Below, in pieces: positions 15,818 through 27,629 of a DNA stretch of 55,834 nt. The notes beneath the pieces are model-generated. The model worked only from the letters and a program-made list of their open reading frames with translations. It was not told where the DNA came from and searched no databases. Both the position numbers and the translations under genes were made by a program. The stretch is taken from NCBI GenBank assembly GCA_016209865.1, contig JACQVL010000262.1, positions 1 through 55,834 on the forward strand. The letters are read 5' to 3'. This DNA is from Candidatus Latescibacterota bacterium. GTDB taxonomy: Bacteria; JAAXHH01; JACQVL01. Position 1 is the first letter of the stretch. Each line of letters starts with the position of its first letter.

Positions 15818-16963
15818 ATGGAAGCATGTCTTGTCCTTGAAGACGGCACGATGTATGAAGGGGAAGCCTTCGGGGCCGCCGGGGAGAAGACCGGGGAAGT
15901 CGTCTTTAACACCAGCATGGTCGGCTACCAGGAGATCCTGACCGACCCTTCCTATAAAGGCCAGATCGTCACGATGACCTACCCGTTGATCGGCAACTAC
16001 GGGGTCAACATCGACGATCTGGAGTCGATCCAGCCGCATGTCGAGGGGTTTGTCGTCCGGGAGTGCAGCACCGTTCCCAGCAACTGGCGAGCGACCGATG
16101 CGTTAGACGCGTTCCTGAAGCGCCATCACATCATCGGCATTCAGGGGGTGGACACGCGGGCGTTGACCCGTCGGCTGCGCGGCGAGGGGGTGATGCGCGG
16201 GATCATCTCCACGACCGACCTCGACTCGGACAGCCTGGTGGACAAGGCCCGGCGGTCGCCCGGCCTGATCGGCCGCGACCTCGTCCAGGAGGTCACGACC
16301 GCGGCCCCGTACCGGTGGGAGCATGGTCAGCGCCACCTGATCGACCTGCACACGGACGACCCGGAGCGCGTGTGGAACGCTTTCACCGACCCGTCAGGCG
16401 ACCGGGTGGTCGTGCTGGATTACGGGGCGAAATACAACATCTTGCGTCACTTAAGCGCCCGGCGGTGCCGGGTGCTCGTCGTCCCCGCCTCATTCCCGGC
16501 GGAGGCCATCCTGCGGCTGAACCCGGACGGCGTGATGCTGTCGAACGGGCCGGGCGACCCCGAAGGAGTGGGGTACGCCATCCGTGAGGTGAAGAACCTG
16601 ATCGGCAAGCGGCCGCTCTTCGGGATCTGCTTAGGACACCAGCTCCTCGGTTTAGCCCTGGGCGGCAAGACCTATAAACTGAAATTTGGCCACCGGGGCG
16701 CGAACCAGCCGGTGAAGCATCTCCAGACTGAGAAGGTGGAGATCACTTCCCAGAATCACGGGTTCGCCGTCGCCATCCAATCCCTCGACGAGCGGGAGGT
16801 TGAACTGACCCACATCAACCTGAACGATCAGACGTTAGAAGGCCTCCGGCACCGTCAGTACCCGCTCTTCTCCGTCCAGTACCATCCCGAGGCATCGCCG
16901 GGCCCCCACGACGCCGGGTACCTGTTCGACGAATTCGTGCGACTCATGCAGAACGGCTCATAG
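15818..16963 (+). CDS. carA: Carbamoyl-phosphate synthase small (glutaminase) subunit
   Basis: Start trimmed to the ATG at 15818 (MEACLVLEDGTMYEGEAFGA..GEVVFNTSMVGYQEILTDPSY). Active-site GICLGHQ and HRGANQPV. Confidence 0.95.
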   Translation: MEACLVLEDGTMYEGEAFGAAGEKTGEVVFNTSMVGYQEILTDPSYKGQIVTMTYPLIGNYGVNIDDLESIQPHVEGFVVRECSTVPSNWRATDALDAFLKRHHIIGIQGVDTRALTRRLRGEGVMRGIISTTDLDSDSLVDKARRSPGLIGRDLVQEVTTAAPYRWEHGQRHLIDLHTDDPERVWNAFTDPSGDRVVVLDYGAKYNILRHLSARRCRVLVVPASFPAEAILRLNPDGVMLSNGPGDPEGVGYAIREVKNLIGKRPLFGICLGHQLLGLALGGKTYKLKFGHRGANQPVKHLQTEKVEITSQNHGFAVAIQSLDEREVELTHINLNDQTLEGLRHRQYPLFSVQYHPEASPGPHDAGYLFDEFVRLMQNGS

Positions 16964-17025
16964 CCCATCCGGCAGTCGAGTCAGGAACTGCGCATCCTCG
17001 ACTCCCTCATACAAGGAGCATCATC

Positions 17026-18807
17026 ATGCGTCTGTCGATCAAGGAGATTATTTTCCTCGAGCCCAAATCCTCCCACCTGCACGTGTACTCGAGCCAATAC
17101 ATCCCACGGATCGGCAGCCTCGTCCTGGCCACGATCCTCCAGAACCAGGGGTATCACGTCCGGGTGATCCTGGAGGAAGTCGAGCCGGTCGACACGGATG
17201 AGTTCGCCGAGGCGGACGTGGTCTGCATCTCGACCCTGACGTCCACCGCGCCCGGGTCGTACCAGTATGCGGACTTCATCCGTAACGTCTATCCCGACAA
17301 GGTCGTCATCATGGGCGGGACGCACCCGACGTTCATGCCGGACGAGGCGCTCGACCATGCTGATTTTATCATCCGTGGCGAAGGGGAGGAAGCGCTCGTC
17401 GAGCTGTTGCAATGCCTCGAGGCAGGAGAGGATTACCGCGGGATCGCCAACCTGTCGTGGAAAGAAGACGGACGCTGCGTCCATAACCCGGAACGGCCGA
17501 AGGCCGATGATCTGGACGTCCTGCCGATCCCTGACTTTGGGCTGATTCCCGGCGGGAAACTCGACATCATGTCCGTCCAGACCCAGCGCGGTTGTCCCTG
17601 GGACTGCAGCTTCTGCACGGTCACGAAGCTGAACGGCCATAGACTCCGCGGCCATTCCGTCGAACGGGTGCTGCAGATGATCGAGCACTACAGGAAGAAC
17701 CCGACGTTTGTCTACCTCTTCTTCGCCGATGACATCTTCAACGTCCCGGTGGAACGCACGATGGCCATCATGCAGGGGATGATCGACCGGAAGCTGACCA
17801 TCCCGTGGGCGGCGCAGATGCGGCATGAGGTCTCGAAGCACCCGGCGTTGCTCCGCAAGATGCGTGAAGCGGGTTGCGACCGGATCATGGTCGGGTTCGA
17901 AAGTGTGGACGAGACCGCGCTCGAGCTGTACGGCAAGAAAGAGACAGCGGCGGACGTGGAACGGGCGATCGATGCCATCCACACGGCCGGGATCGACATC
18001 CACGGGATGTTTATCGCGGGCGCGAGCACGGATACCTCGAACACGATCGTCGATCAGTTCGCGTTCGCCGAGCGCAAGGGCCTGGCCACCACCCAGTGCA
18101 TGATCCTGACGTACCTGCCGGGGTCGGAGGATACGATTCGGTATAACTTACAGAGCGGGGAGTACTTGAGCCGCGATTGGGCAGACTACGACGGCCATCA
18201 TGCCAACCATCCGCATCCGAACATGACCCGGTACGAGCTGGTCAACACGGTGATGACCGGGATGCGCCGATTTTATGGCCCATCCCGGATCGCAAAGAAC
18301 CTGCTGAACGCAGGCGTGAACTTCCTGAAAGGGGAGCGGCGGGAATCCACCCGGCAGTTGAGGAACGCCCTCCTCCGGGTGAACGGCTACTCGATCATCA
18401 AGCAATGGTTCACCGAGCACACCGAGTACCTGCGGGCGCTGCGTGCGGAGAATGTATCCCTGGAACCCGACCGGTATCAGCGAGTCCTGCTCGCCATCCA
18501 CAACGTGGACGTCCGGCGGGTGATCCACCAGTTCTTGTCGGAGATGGGCGTCCGCGTCGAGACGTTCAGCGAGGAGCACTTAGCGGCGCTGAAGGATTCG
18601 GACCTGCTGGTGATGGCTGGGGAGAAGGTGGAGGAGATGAAGGGGCGGGTGAAGAATTTCCACATCTTCCCCATCCACGATAAGAATACCCGGATGGACC
18701 GGACGTTGACGCAATTAGGGATTCTGTTCACCAAGAACGTCGAGAAAGTCCATGCGGCCATCGAGCGCGTCCGGCAGAATAGCCTGGCGTCAATGCCAGA
18801 GGTGTGA
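17026..18807 (+). CDS. B12-binding-domain radical SAM protein with a ~150-aa C-terminal extension
   Basis: 593 aa. N-terminal Rossmann-like cobalamin-binding region, then the CxxxCxxC cluster CPWDCSFC. The C-terminal third has no family that I can assign. Confidence 0.9.
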   Translation: MRLSIKEIIFLEPKSSHLHVYSSQYIPRIGSLVLATILQNQGYHVRVILEEVEPVDTDEFAEADVVCISTLTSTAPGSYQYADFIRNVYPDKVVIMGGTHPTFMPDEALDHADFIIRGEGEEALVELLQCLEAGEDYRGIANLSWKEDGRCVHNPERPKADDLDVLPIPDFGLIPGGKLDIMSVQTQRGCPWDCSFCTVTKLNGHRLRGHSVERVLQMIEHYRKNPTFVYLFFADDIFNVPVERTMAIMQGMIDRKLTIPWAAQMRHEVSKHPALLRKMREAGCDRIMVGFESVDETALELYGKKETAADVERAIDAIHTAGIDIHGMFIAGASTDTSNTIVDQFAFAERKGLATTQCMILTYLPGSEDTIRYNLQSGEYLSRDWADYDGHHANHPHPNMTRYELVNTVMTGMRRFYGPSRIAKNLLNAGVNFLKGERRESTRQLRNALLRVNGYSIIKQWFTEHTEYLRALRAENVSLEPDRYQRVLLAIHNVDVRRVIHQFLSEMGVRVETFSEEHLAALKDSDLLVMAGEKVEEMKGRVKNFHIFPIHDKNTRMDRTLTQLGILFTKNVEKVHAAIERVRQNSLASMPEV

Positions 18808-18823
18808 TCTCCACTCCCCTGTC

Positions 18824-18845
18824 GTCCCCCCGCATGCGGGGGGAC
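18824..18845. repeat. Perfect 22-nt palindrome between convergent gene ends
   Basis: GTCCCCCCGCATGCGGGGGGAC is exactly self-complementary. There is no flanking T-run on either strand. Confidence 0.9.
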
Positions 18846-18855
18846 CAGAGGGGGG

Positions 18856-20499
18856 TCAATACCCGATCGCGCATCCGTCCTTCCGGGGTTCCGAGCCCCC
18901 GTGCAGCAGACCGGTCGCCGGGTCGATCATGATCGCCTGGTACCCGCCGAACCCGCTCACCGCCCGCACGACCCGGTGGCCCTTCTCCGCCAGCGCGCGG
19001 GCGACCGCCTCGTCGATCCACGGTTCTAACGCGACGCGGCCCCCGTCCGCCTCCATCCCCTCTCCGGTCGGCTCCGCCGACCCGCTGTGGTTGAACCGGG
19101 GCGCGTCCCCCGCTTCCTGCACGTCCATCCCGAAATCGATCAGGTTGCAGAGCACCTGCATGTGCCCCTGCGGCTGCATCGCCCCGCCCATCACCCCGAA
19201 CGACAACCACGGCCGGCCGTCTTTCGTCACCATCGCGGGGATGATCGTATGGAACGGGCGTTTGTGCGGCTCTAACCGGTTGCGATGGCCGCGGTCGAGG
19301 GCGAACAGTTGGCCCCGGTTCTGGAGCGGAAACCCCAGCCCGGACGGCACCATGCCCGACCCGAACCCCATGTACAGGCTCTGGATGAACGAGACGGCGT
19401 TCCGGTTTCGGTCGACGACGGTCAGGTAGATGGTATCCCCCCGGTCGAGCGCCGGACTACCCGCCGGGACGTCGCGGGCCGCCCGGTTCGGGTCGATCCG
19501 GCGGCGCTGCCGCTCCGCGTACTCTTTCGAGATGAGCGCCTGGACGGGCACGTCCGCGAACTGCGGGTCGGCGTAGTACATCGCCCGGTCGGCATAGGCG
19601 AGCTTCTTCGCCTCGATCTGCCGATGGAGCGTCTCGGCGGAGTTGTGGCCCAGGGCGGCCAGGTCGTACCCCTCCAGGATGTTGAGCATCTCCAGGACGG
19701 CGATCCCCTGGCCGTTGGGCGGGAGTTCCCAGACGGTGTACCCCCGGTAGGTCGTGCTGACCGGGTCATCCCAGGTGGAGACGTGATCACGCAGGTCTTC
19801 GAGGGTCAGCAGGCCGTCGTTCGCCTTCGAGAACGCCGCGATCCGCCGGGCGATATCGCCGTCGTAAAAGATATCCCGGCCCCCTTCCGTGATCCGGGTG
19901 TACACGTACGCCAGATCGAGGTTCTTGAACCCTTCACCCGGCCGGGGCGCCCGCCCGCCGGGCAGGTACGTCTTCGCCGAGTCCGGCCACTGCCGGAGCA
20001 GCCCTTCGGCGGCGGCCCAGTCGTGCGCGATGATGTCCGACACCGGGAACCCCTGCCGGGCGTACTCGATGGCGGGCGCGAGCACCTGCACGTAGTCCAT
20101 CGACCCGAACCGCTGGCGGAGACAGTCCCACCCATCGACGCACCCCGGCACCGACCAGGGCAGCGGGCCATGCGCCGGGATGGCCGCCAGTCCTCTGCGC
20201 TCGAACCCTTCGATGGCCGCCGCGTACGGGGCGCGGCCGCTCGCGTTCAGCCCGTGCAACTGGCCGGTCGACGCATCGTAGACGATGGCGAACAGGTCAC
20301 CACCGATGCCGCACGACATCGGCTCGACCACGCCCAAGACCGCGTTCGTGGCGATCGCGGCGTCGACCGCATGCCCGCCCGCCTTCAGGATGTCGATCCC
20401 GGCTTGCGCGGCCAACGGCTGGCTCGTCGCCACCATCCCGTACGGCGCCATCACGACCGACCGGCGCGAGCCGCGGTAGGACAACGGATGCCCAGGCAT
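18856..20499 (-). CDS. ggt: Gamma-glutamyltransferase
   Basis: 547 aa. Autoprocessing/catalytic region GDTIYLTVVD, plus FGSGMV and the C-terminal GGSEPRKDG, all typical GGT motifs. Confidence 0.92.
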   Translation of the reverse strand: MPGHPLSYRGSRRSVVMAPYGMVATSQPLAAQAGIDILKAGGHAVDAAIATNAVLGVVEPMSCGIGGDLFAIVYDASTGQLHGLNASGRAPYAAAIEGFERRGLAAIPAHGPLPWSVPGCVDGWDCLRQRFGSMDYVQVLAPAIEYARQGFPVSDIIAHDWAAAEGLLRQWPDSAKTYLPGGRAPRPGEGFKNLDLAYVYTRITEGGRDIFYDGDIARRIAAFSKANDGLLTLEDLRDHVSTWDDPVSTTYRGYTVWELPPNGQGIAVLEMLNILEGYDLAALGHNSAETLHRQIEAKKLAYADRAMYYADPQFADVPVQALISKEYAERQRRRIDPNRAARDVPAGSPALDRGDTIYLTVVDRNRNAVSFIQSLYMGFGSGMVPSGLGFPLQNRGQLFALDRGHRNRLEPHKRPFHTIIPAMVTKDGRPWLSFGVMGGAMQPQGHMQVLCNLIDFGMDVQEAGDAPRFNHSGSAEPTGEGMEADGGRVALEPWIDEAVARALAEKGHRVVRAVSGFGGYQAIMIDPATGLLHGGSEPRKDGCAIGY

Positions 20500-20544
20500 G
20501 GCTGAACCCCTTCCCCGTGCGGGCGACCCGGTGGGTCATCCCGG

Positions 20545-20919
20545 CTAAAACGAGACCGCTCTGGCTTTCATCCGCCAGTTCCAGGAGGACGGCAGGGTCG
20601 GATAGGGAACCTGACTGTTCGACTCGGAATACACAAAGAACGAGGTGGTCTTGCCCGACACGTCGATGAGCTTTTCCGAGAACGAGAAGAACGTGCTATC
20701 CGTCGGCGGAGCGGTGAGCTCGAGTTTGACCCCGACCTTGACGAGGTACTGGCTCCGGTTCAGAATCCGACCCTGCCAGCCGATCGAGGTCCCGTAGTTA
20801 TAGACCTGCTGGTCGTACAGTTCGACGTCGGCATCGGTGACCGCCGGTGTTGTGGGCAACTTCGTCTCACAGGAGACAGCCAGCATGCACAGCAAGAGCA
20901 CACAAGAGATACGCCTCAT
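20545..20919 (-). CDS. Hypothetical secreted / lipoprotein-like protein, 124 aa
   Basis: Start trimmed to the ATG at 20919 (SD GGAGGGGAG). Signal MRRISCVLLLCMLAVSC. No family recognised. Confidence 0.6.
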   Translation of the reverse strand: MRRISCVLLLCMLAVSCETKLPTTPAVTDADVELYDQQVYNYGTSIGWQGRILNRSQYLVKVGVKLELTAPPTDSTFFSFSEKLIDVSGKTTSFFVYSESNSQVPYPTLPSSWNWRMKARAVSF

Positions 20920-20950
20920 CGGACTCCCCTCCATTCTCACGAACGCTGGT

Positions 20951-21886
20951 CTACACGCGTAGTAGCGGACATGTCATACAGTGCGGCCCCGCGTTCCCCC
21001 GGATGAGTTGTTGCCCAGGAACCCCGATCACTCGCCCACCGCGCCGGACGATCTCCGCACTCGTCCGCTCCGCCCAGTCGTACCCGACGACCGTCAACGG
21101 GGCCACGGTCACGTAGTTCACGTGGGCTCGCTCACATTCTGTCCTGTCCACCTCGAAGACCTCGACCCCATGACGCTCTAAGTAATCCGGCAACCAGACG
21201 TACTCAGGCGACCGTCCTTTCCGGAAAATCGTCGAGGGATACAGCTCCAGGGCAGGACGGTAGGCCAGTGCTAAGTTAGGGGCGACGAACATCAGCACCC
21301 CATCAATATGCACGACTCCCTCGGCCACCGCCACCATGACGATCTCGTCCACGTGGTCGCCCAGCAAGAGGTCGCACATCTGATAGATCGCAGACTCGGT
21401 CGTTCGGTCACACAGGGAGACGAGCAATTTTCGTTCCGTGAGAAACATGATCCCGCCCCCTTCGATGAACCCGGGCGGACGAACCTCTCCCACGATAGGG
21501 ATGCCTAACTTCTCCATCGCCAACCGGATGACCCAGGGATCGCCCTTGCGTCCCTTGTGGTACATACTCATCAGAAGGACACCGGCGTCGAGGACGACGG
21601 CCAGGTCGCGGGTGTACGTGATGTTCGGCCGCCGGCTGATGTAGTCGAGCGCGGCGGGCTCATCCTTCAGGACGTCGGTCAGGAGCACCACCTCCACCCC
21701 GAGCGCCGTCAGCCCATCAGCTAAGGCGTCAAATTCGCGCAGGAACTGCGGGAGGTCGACGGGCTGAGAAAAATTGAAGGCGGTGAGCGTCTCCGGGCGG
21801 ACGAATTCCAACTCTGTTCCGGGACGGTGCATCAGGACACGTTTCATCACGCCGTGCTCATGCTGTGCGCCGTACGTGCGGGGCAT
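20951..21886 (-). CDS. Amidinotransferase-fold enzyme (arginine deiminase / DDAH-like)
   Basis: 311 aa. The C-terminal GNAGPHCMTCPL contains the nucleophilic Cys that is typical of the guanidino-group-modifying superfamily. Confidence 0.8.
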   Translation of the reverse strand: MPRTYGAQHEHGVMKRVLMHRPGTELEFVRPETLTAFNFSQPVDLPQFLREFDALADGLTALGVEVVLLTDVLKDEPAALDYISRRPNITYTRDLAVVLDAGVLLMSMYHKGRKGDPWVIRLAMEKLGIPIVGEVRPPGFIEGGGIMFLTERKLLVSLCDRTTESAIYQMCDLLLGDHVDEIVMVAVAEGVVHIDGVLMFVAPNLALAYRPALELYPSTIFRKGRSPEYVWLPDYLERHGVEVFEVDRTECERAHVNYVTVAPLTVVGYDWAERTSAEIVRRGGRVIGVPGQQLIRGNAGPHCMTCPLLRV

Positions 21887-21902
21887 GGGGACTCCTTTGG
21901 TT

Positions 21903-24679
<2,777 letters not shown>

Positions 24680-24691
24680 GCTCGACCGACC

Positions 24692-24862
24692 TCACCGGTT
24701 GATCCGCCGTTCCAGCAGCCATCCGAGGGTGAAGATCGCGCCTCCAATCGCCAGGATCGTCAGTTCACGGGCTTCTGAGAGTTCCCCTGCGATCCCCATG
24801 ACGAGGGCATACGTCACCTCCAGGATGCCCACCAATTCGAGCGTCTTGGCGAGGATGAGCAT
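24692..24862 (-). CDS. Possible small two-helix membrane protein, 56 aa (below the ORF-track size cutoff)
   Basis: My translation: MLILAKTLELVGILEVTYALVMGIAGELSEARELTILAIGGAIFTLGWLLERRINR. It fills the only gap between secDF and the methyltransferase on the same strand. The SD is weak. Confidence 0.4.
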   Translation of the reverse strand: MLILAKTLELVGILEVTYALVMGIAGELSEARELTILAIGGAIFTLGWLLERRINR

Positions 24863-24869
24863 GAGGGCT

Positions 24870-27506
24870 TTATTTGGTCACCTCGGTCTTCGGCTGATCA
24901 GCTTTCCTGGCGGCCGGCTTCGTGGCGCCGGCCGCAGCCCCGGCCGCACGCTGCTGTCGCTGCTCCTCTTTCCGCTGAGCCTGCCAGCTTTGCCACCAGA
25001 CGACGACCGGACTGGCCACGAAGATCGACGAATACGTCCCAGTCACGACCCCGATCGTCAACGCCAGTGCGAACCCCCAGTTCGTCGTCCCACCCCCGAC
25101 GAGCAGGAGGATGAGGACGAGCAAGATGGTCATCGACGTCATGACCGTCCGGTTCAGCGTCTCGTTGATGCTCCGGTTGACCGTCTCCGCGAACCCTTCA
25201 CGCCGTGTGCGTCCCAGCCCTTCTCGGATCCGGTCGTACACCACGATCGTGTCGTTGATCGAATAGCCGACCACCGTCAGGAGGGCAGCCACCACCCCCA
25301 TCGAGATTTCCTCGTCGATGAGGGAAAAAATCCCGATGACGATCAGGACGTCGTGGATGAGCGAGACCACTCCACCGACCCCGAACCGGAAGCCGCCGAC
25401 CTTCCGGAACCGGAACCCGATGTAGATCAAGATGCCGGCGATCGACCAGAGGACGGCCTGCAGGGCGTCGAGCGTTAATTCTTTCCCGATCTTCGGCCCG
25501 ACGTTGAGTTCTTGACGGCGCCAGTTACTCTCATCTCCCTTCAGGTTATCAGGGAACCGGGCCTTGAGCGCCGTCTTCACGGCGGTGGCCAGTTGCTGCT
25601 CATTCCATGGCCCGGCCGCCCGGACGAGGATGTTGTTCGGGCCGCCGAACTGTTTGATCTCGCTCTCTCTCAGGTCCGCCTTCGTCCCGTTGATCGTCAC
25701 CTCCTGCAGCGCGTCTCGCACCTGCTGCACCGAGACAGGCGGGTTGAACTGAACCTCCAGCAGGGAGCCGCCCTGGAAGTCGATCCCCCACTTCAGGCCA
25801 CGGTGGGCGGCGATCGAGATCAGCCCGATGAAGATGATCGCCCAGGTGATGGCGAACGCATACTTGGCGAACCTGATGAACCCGAAGCTCACCCTCCCGA
25901 ACGGGTTGGCCTGGCCGATGCTGAACGTTTTCAGGTTCCATCGGTCGATCATCCCGTCGTACAACGCCCGGGTCACAGCGATGGCGGTGAACATGCTGAT
26001 GATGATCCCGAACGAGAGGGTGACCGCAAACCCTTTGATCGGCCCCGTCCCGAACTGGTAGAGCGCCAGGGCGGTGATGAGGGTGGTGAGGTTGGAATCG
26101 ATGATCGTGCGCAGGGCGTTGCTGTACCCGTTGTCGATCGCCATCCGGATCGTCTTCCCCGTCTTGAGCTCCTCTTTAATCCGCTCGAAGATCAGGATGT
26201 TCGCATCCACCGCCATCCCCATCGTCAGGATAATCCCGGCGATGCCAGGCAGCGTCAGCGTGGCGTGGAACCCCGCCATCACCGCCAGCAGGAGGATGAG
26301 GTTCAGGCTGAGGCCGAAGTTGGCGATGAGGCCGGAGGCACGGTAGTAGCCGAGCATGAACAGGAGGACGACGACCAGGCCGATGAGGGAGGCCTGGACG
26401 CCCGTCCGGATGGCGTCCGCGCCCAACGACGGGCCGACGACCTGCTTGCTCTGGATCTGGACGGGCGCGGGGAGGGCGCCGGCGCGCAGGACGATGGACA
26501 GGTCTTTAGCCTCTTCGAGCGAGCCGATGCCCGTGATCTCGCCCCGGCCGTTGGGAATCCGGCCCTGGATCGTCGGCGCGGAGTAGACCTTCCCGTCTAA
26601 GATGATGGCCATCCGTTTCCCGATATTCGACCCGGTCACCCGCGAGAAGAGCTGCGCGCCGTCATCGGTCGTCGTGAAGTTCACGACCGCGCGCCCGACG
26701 TTGCTCAGGTCTCTGCCCGTTCCTGCCTCTGCTCGCGCATCGGCCAGGGCCGCCCCGGTCAGCTCCGCCCGCTTGTTCACGTAATACAGGAACTCGACTT
26801 TCTGGCCGCCCCGAGTCTCTGGCCGGACGTCGGCCTGGAATTCGGCATCGTCGGGGATGAGCGCCTGGACCTCTGGCCGCGCCAGGAATGCGTTCACCTG
26901 CTTCACGCTGCTCGCCGGGATGATCAACTCGCCCCCGGAGTGATCGACGAGGGAGGAGAACGGGGTGGTTTCTTGCGGCTCGTTGAACAGCTTCGTCTGA
27001 CTCGTATCCCGCGCGGTGGTCGTGCGTGCGGCCAGCACGCCGTCGATCTTGCCGAGCAACTCCTGCAGCTCAGAGGCCTCGCGCAGCATCTTGAATTCGA
27101 GCTGAGCAGTCTGGCCGATCAGGTCGATCGCCCGGTTGACATCCTTCAGGCCGGGGAGTTCGACGATGATCCGGCGATCCCCTTCGCGCTGGATGGTCGG
27201 CTCGGCGACGCCGAATTGGTTAATCCGGTTGGAGATCACCTGCATCGCCCGGTCGACCGCGTCCTTCGCCTCATCCGCGGAGAGGCGGGAGAGATCGACC
27301 TCCATGACCAGGTGCACCCCGCCTTGCAGGTCGAGGCCGAGTTTGATCGCCCGCTCCCGGAGTTGATTCCGCTCCTCGTCGGTGAGGGGCATCCGGTCGA
27401 ACGGCCAGGAGGTCCAGTACAGCCGGACCGTCGGGTAGACGTACCACAGGGCGGCAAAAAGAGTCGCGACGATGAGGACGATCCGGATACGCTTCCATTG
27501 TCCCAT
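24870..27506 (-). CDS. secDF: Fused protein-export membrane protein SecD/SecF
   Basis: Start trimmed to the ATG at 27506 (SD GGGAG). SecD block LGLDLQGGVHLVMEV and SecF block GIDFQGGSLLEVQF, followed by 12 TM segments. Confidence 0.95.
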   Translation of the reverse strand: MGQWKRIRIVLIVATLFAALWYVYPTVRLYWTSWPFDRMPLTDEERNQLRERAIKLGLDLQGGVHLVMEVDLSRLSADEAKDAVDRAMQVISNRINQFGVAEPTIQREGDRRIIVELPGLKDVNRAIDLIGQTAQLEFKMLREASELQELLGKIDGVLAARTTTARDTSQTKLFNEPQETTPFSSLVDHSGGELIIPASSVKQVNAFLARPEVQALIPDDAEFQADVRPETRGGQKVEFLYYVNKRAELTGAALADARAEAGTGRDLSNVGRAVVNFTTTDDGAQLFSRVTGSNIGKRMAIILDGKVYSAPTIQGRIPNGRGEITGIGSLEEAKDLSIVLRAGALPAPVQIQSKQVVGPSLGADAIRTGVQASLIGLVVVLLFMLGYYRASGLIANFGLSLNLILLLAVMAGFHATLTLPGIAGIILTMGMAVDANILIFERIKEELKTGKTIRMAIDNGYSNALRTIIDSNLTTLITALALYQFGTGPIKGFAVTLSFGIIISMFTAIAVTRALYDGMIDRWNLKTFSIGQANPFGRVSFGFIRFAKYAFAITWAIIFIGLISIAAHRGLKWGIDFQGGSLLEVQFNPPVSVQQVRDALQEVTINGTKADLRESEIKQFGGPNNILVRAAGPWNEQQLATAVKTALKARFPDNLKGDESNWRRQELNVGPKIGKELTLDALQAVLWSIAGILIYIGFRFRKVGGFRFGVGGVVSLIHDVLIVIGIFSLIDEEISMGVVAALLTVVGYSINDTIVVYDRIREGLGRTRREGFAETVNRSINETLNRTVMTSMTILLVLILLLVGGGTTNWGFALALTIGVVTGTYSSIFVASPVVVWWQSWQAQRKEEQRQQRAAGAAAGATKPAARKADQPKTEVTK

Positions 27507-27525
27507 ACGGCCTGCTCCCTCAAGT

Positions 27526-27553
27526 AATCGGTGGTCGGTGGTCGGTAGTCGGT
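27526..27553. repeat. Single-arm heptamer array (GGTCGGT class)
   Basis: AATCGGT GGTCGGT GGTCGGT AGTCGGT. It lies 20 nt upstream of the secDF start on the other strand, so it falls in the probable secDF 5'UTR. Confidence 0.85.
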
Positions 27554-27571
27554 AAAGACCGCAATAACATG

Positions 27572-27602
27572 ATATAATGGCGCAGACGATCAGACTTGTC
27601 AA
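27572..27602 (-). promoter_or_regulatory. Weak candidate promoter for secDF
   Basis: Minus strand TTGACA (rc of 27597-27602), then 18-19 nt, then ATTATA/TTATAT (rc of 27572-27578). The -10 element is poor. Confidence 0.25.
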
Positions 27603-27629
27603 GCGAAAAACCCGGTGGGATCACCGGAG
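27603..27629 (-). terminator. Weak intrinsic-terminator-like hairpin after the 27621-28781 gene
   Basis: On the minus strand: CCGGUG-AUCC-CACCGG followed by GUUUUUCGC. The stem is only 6 bp and it overlaps the stop codon. Confidence 0.3.

Noticed and set aside
27573-27578. A perfect TATAAT on the plus strand.
   Set aside because: It has no acceptable -35 element 16-19 nt upstream and no plus-strand gene downstream. It is more likely part of the AT-rich secDF upstream region on the other strand.
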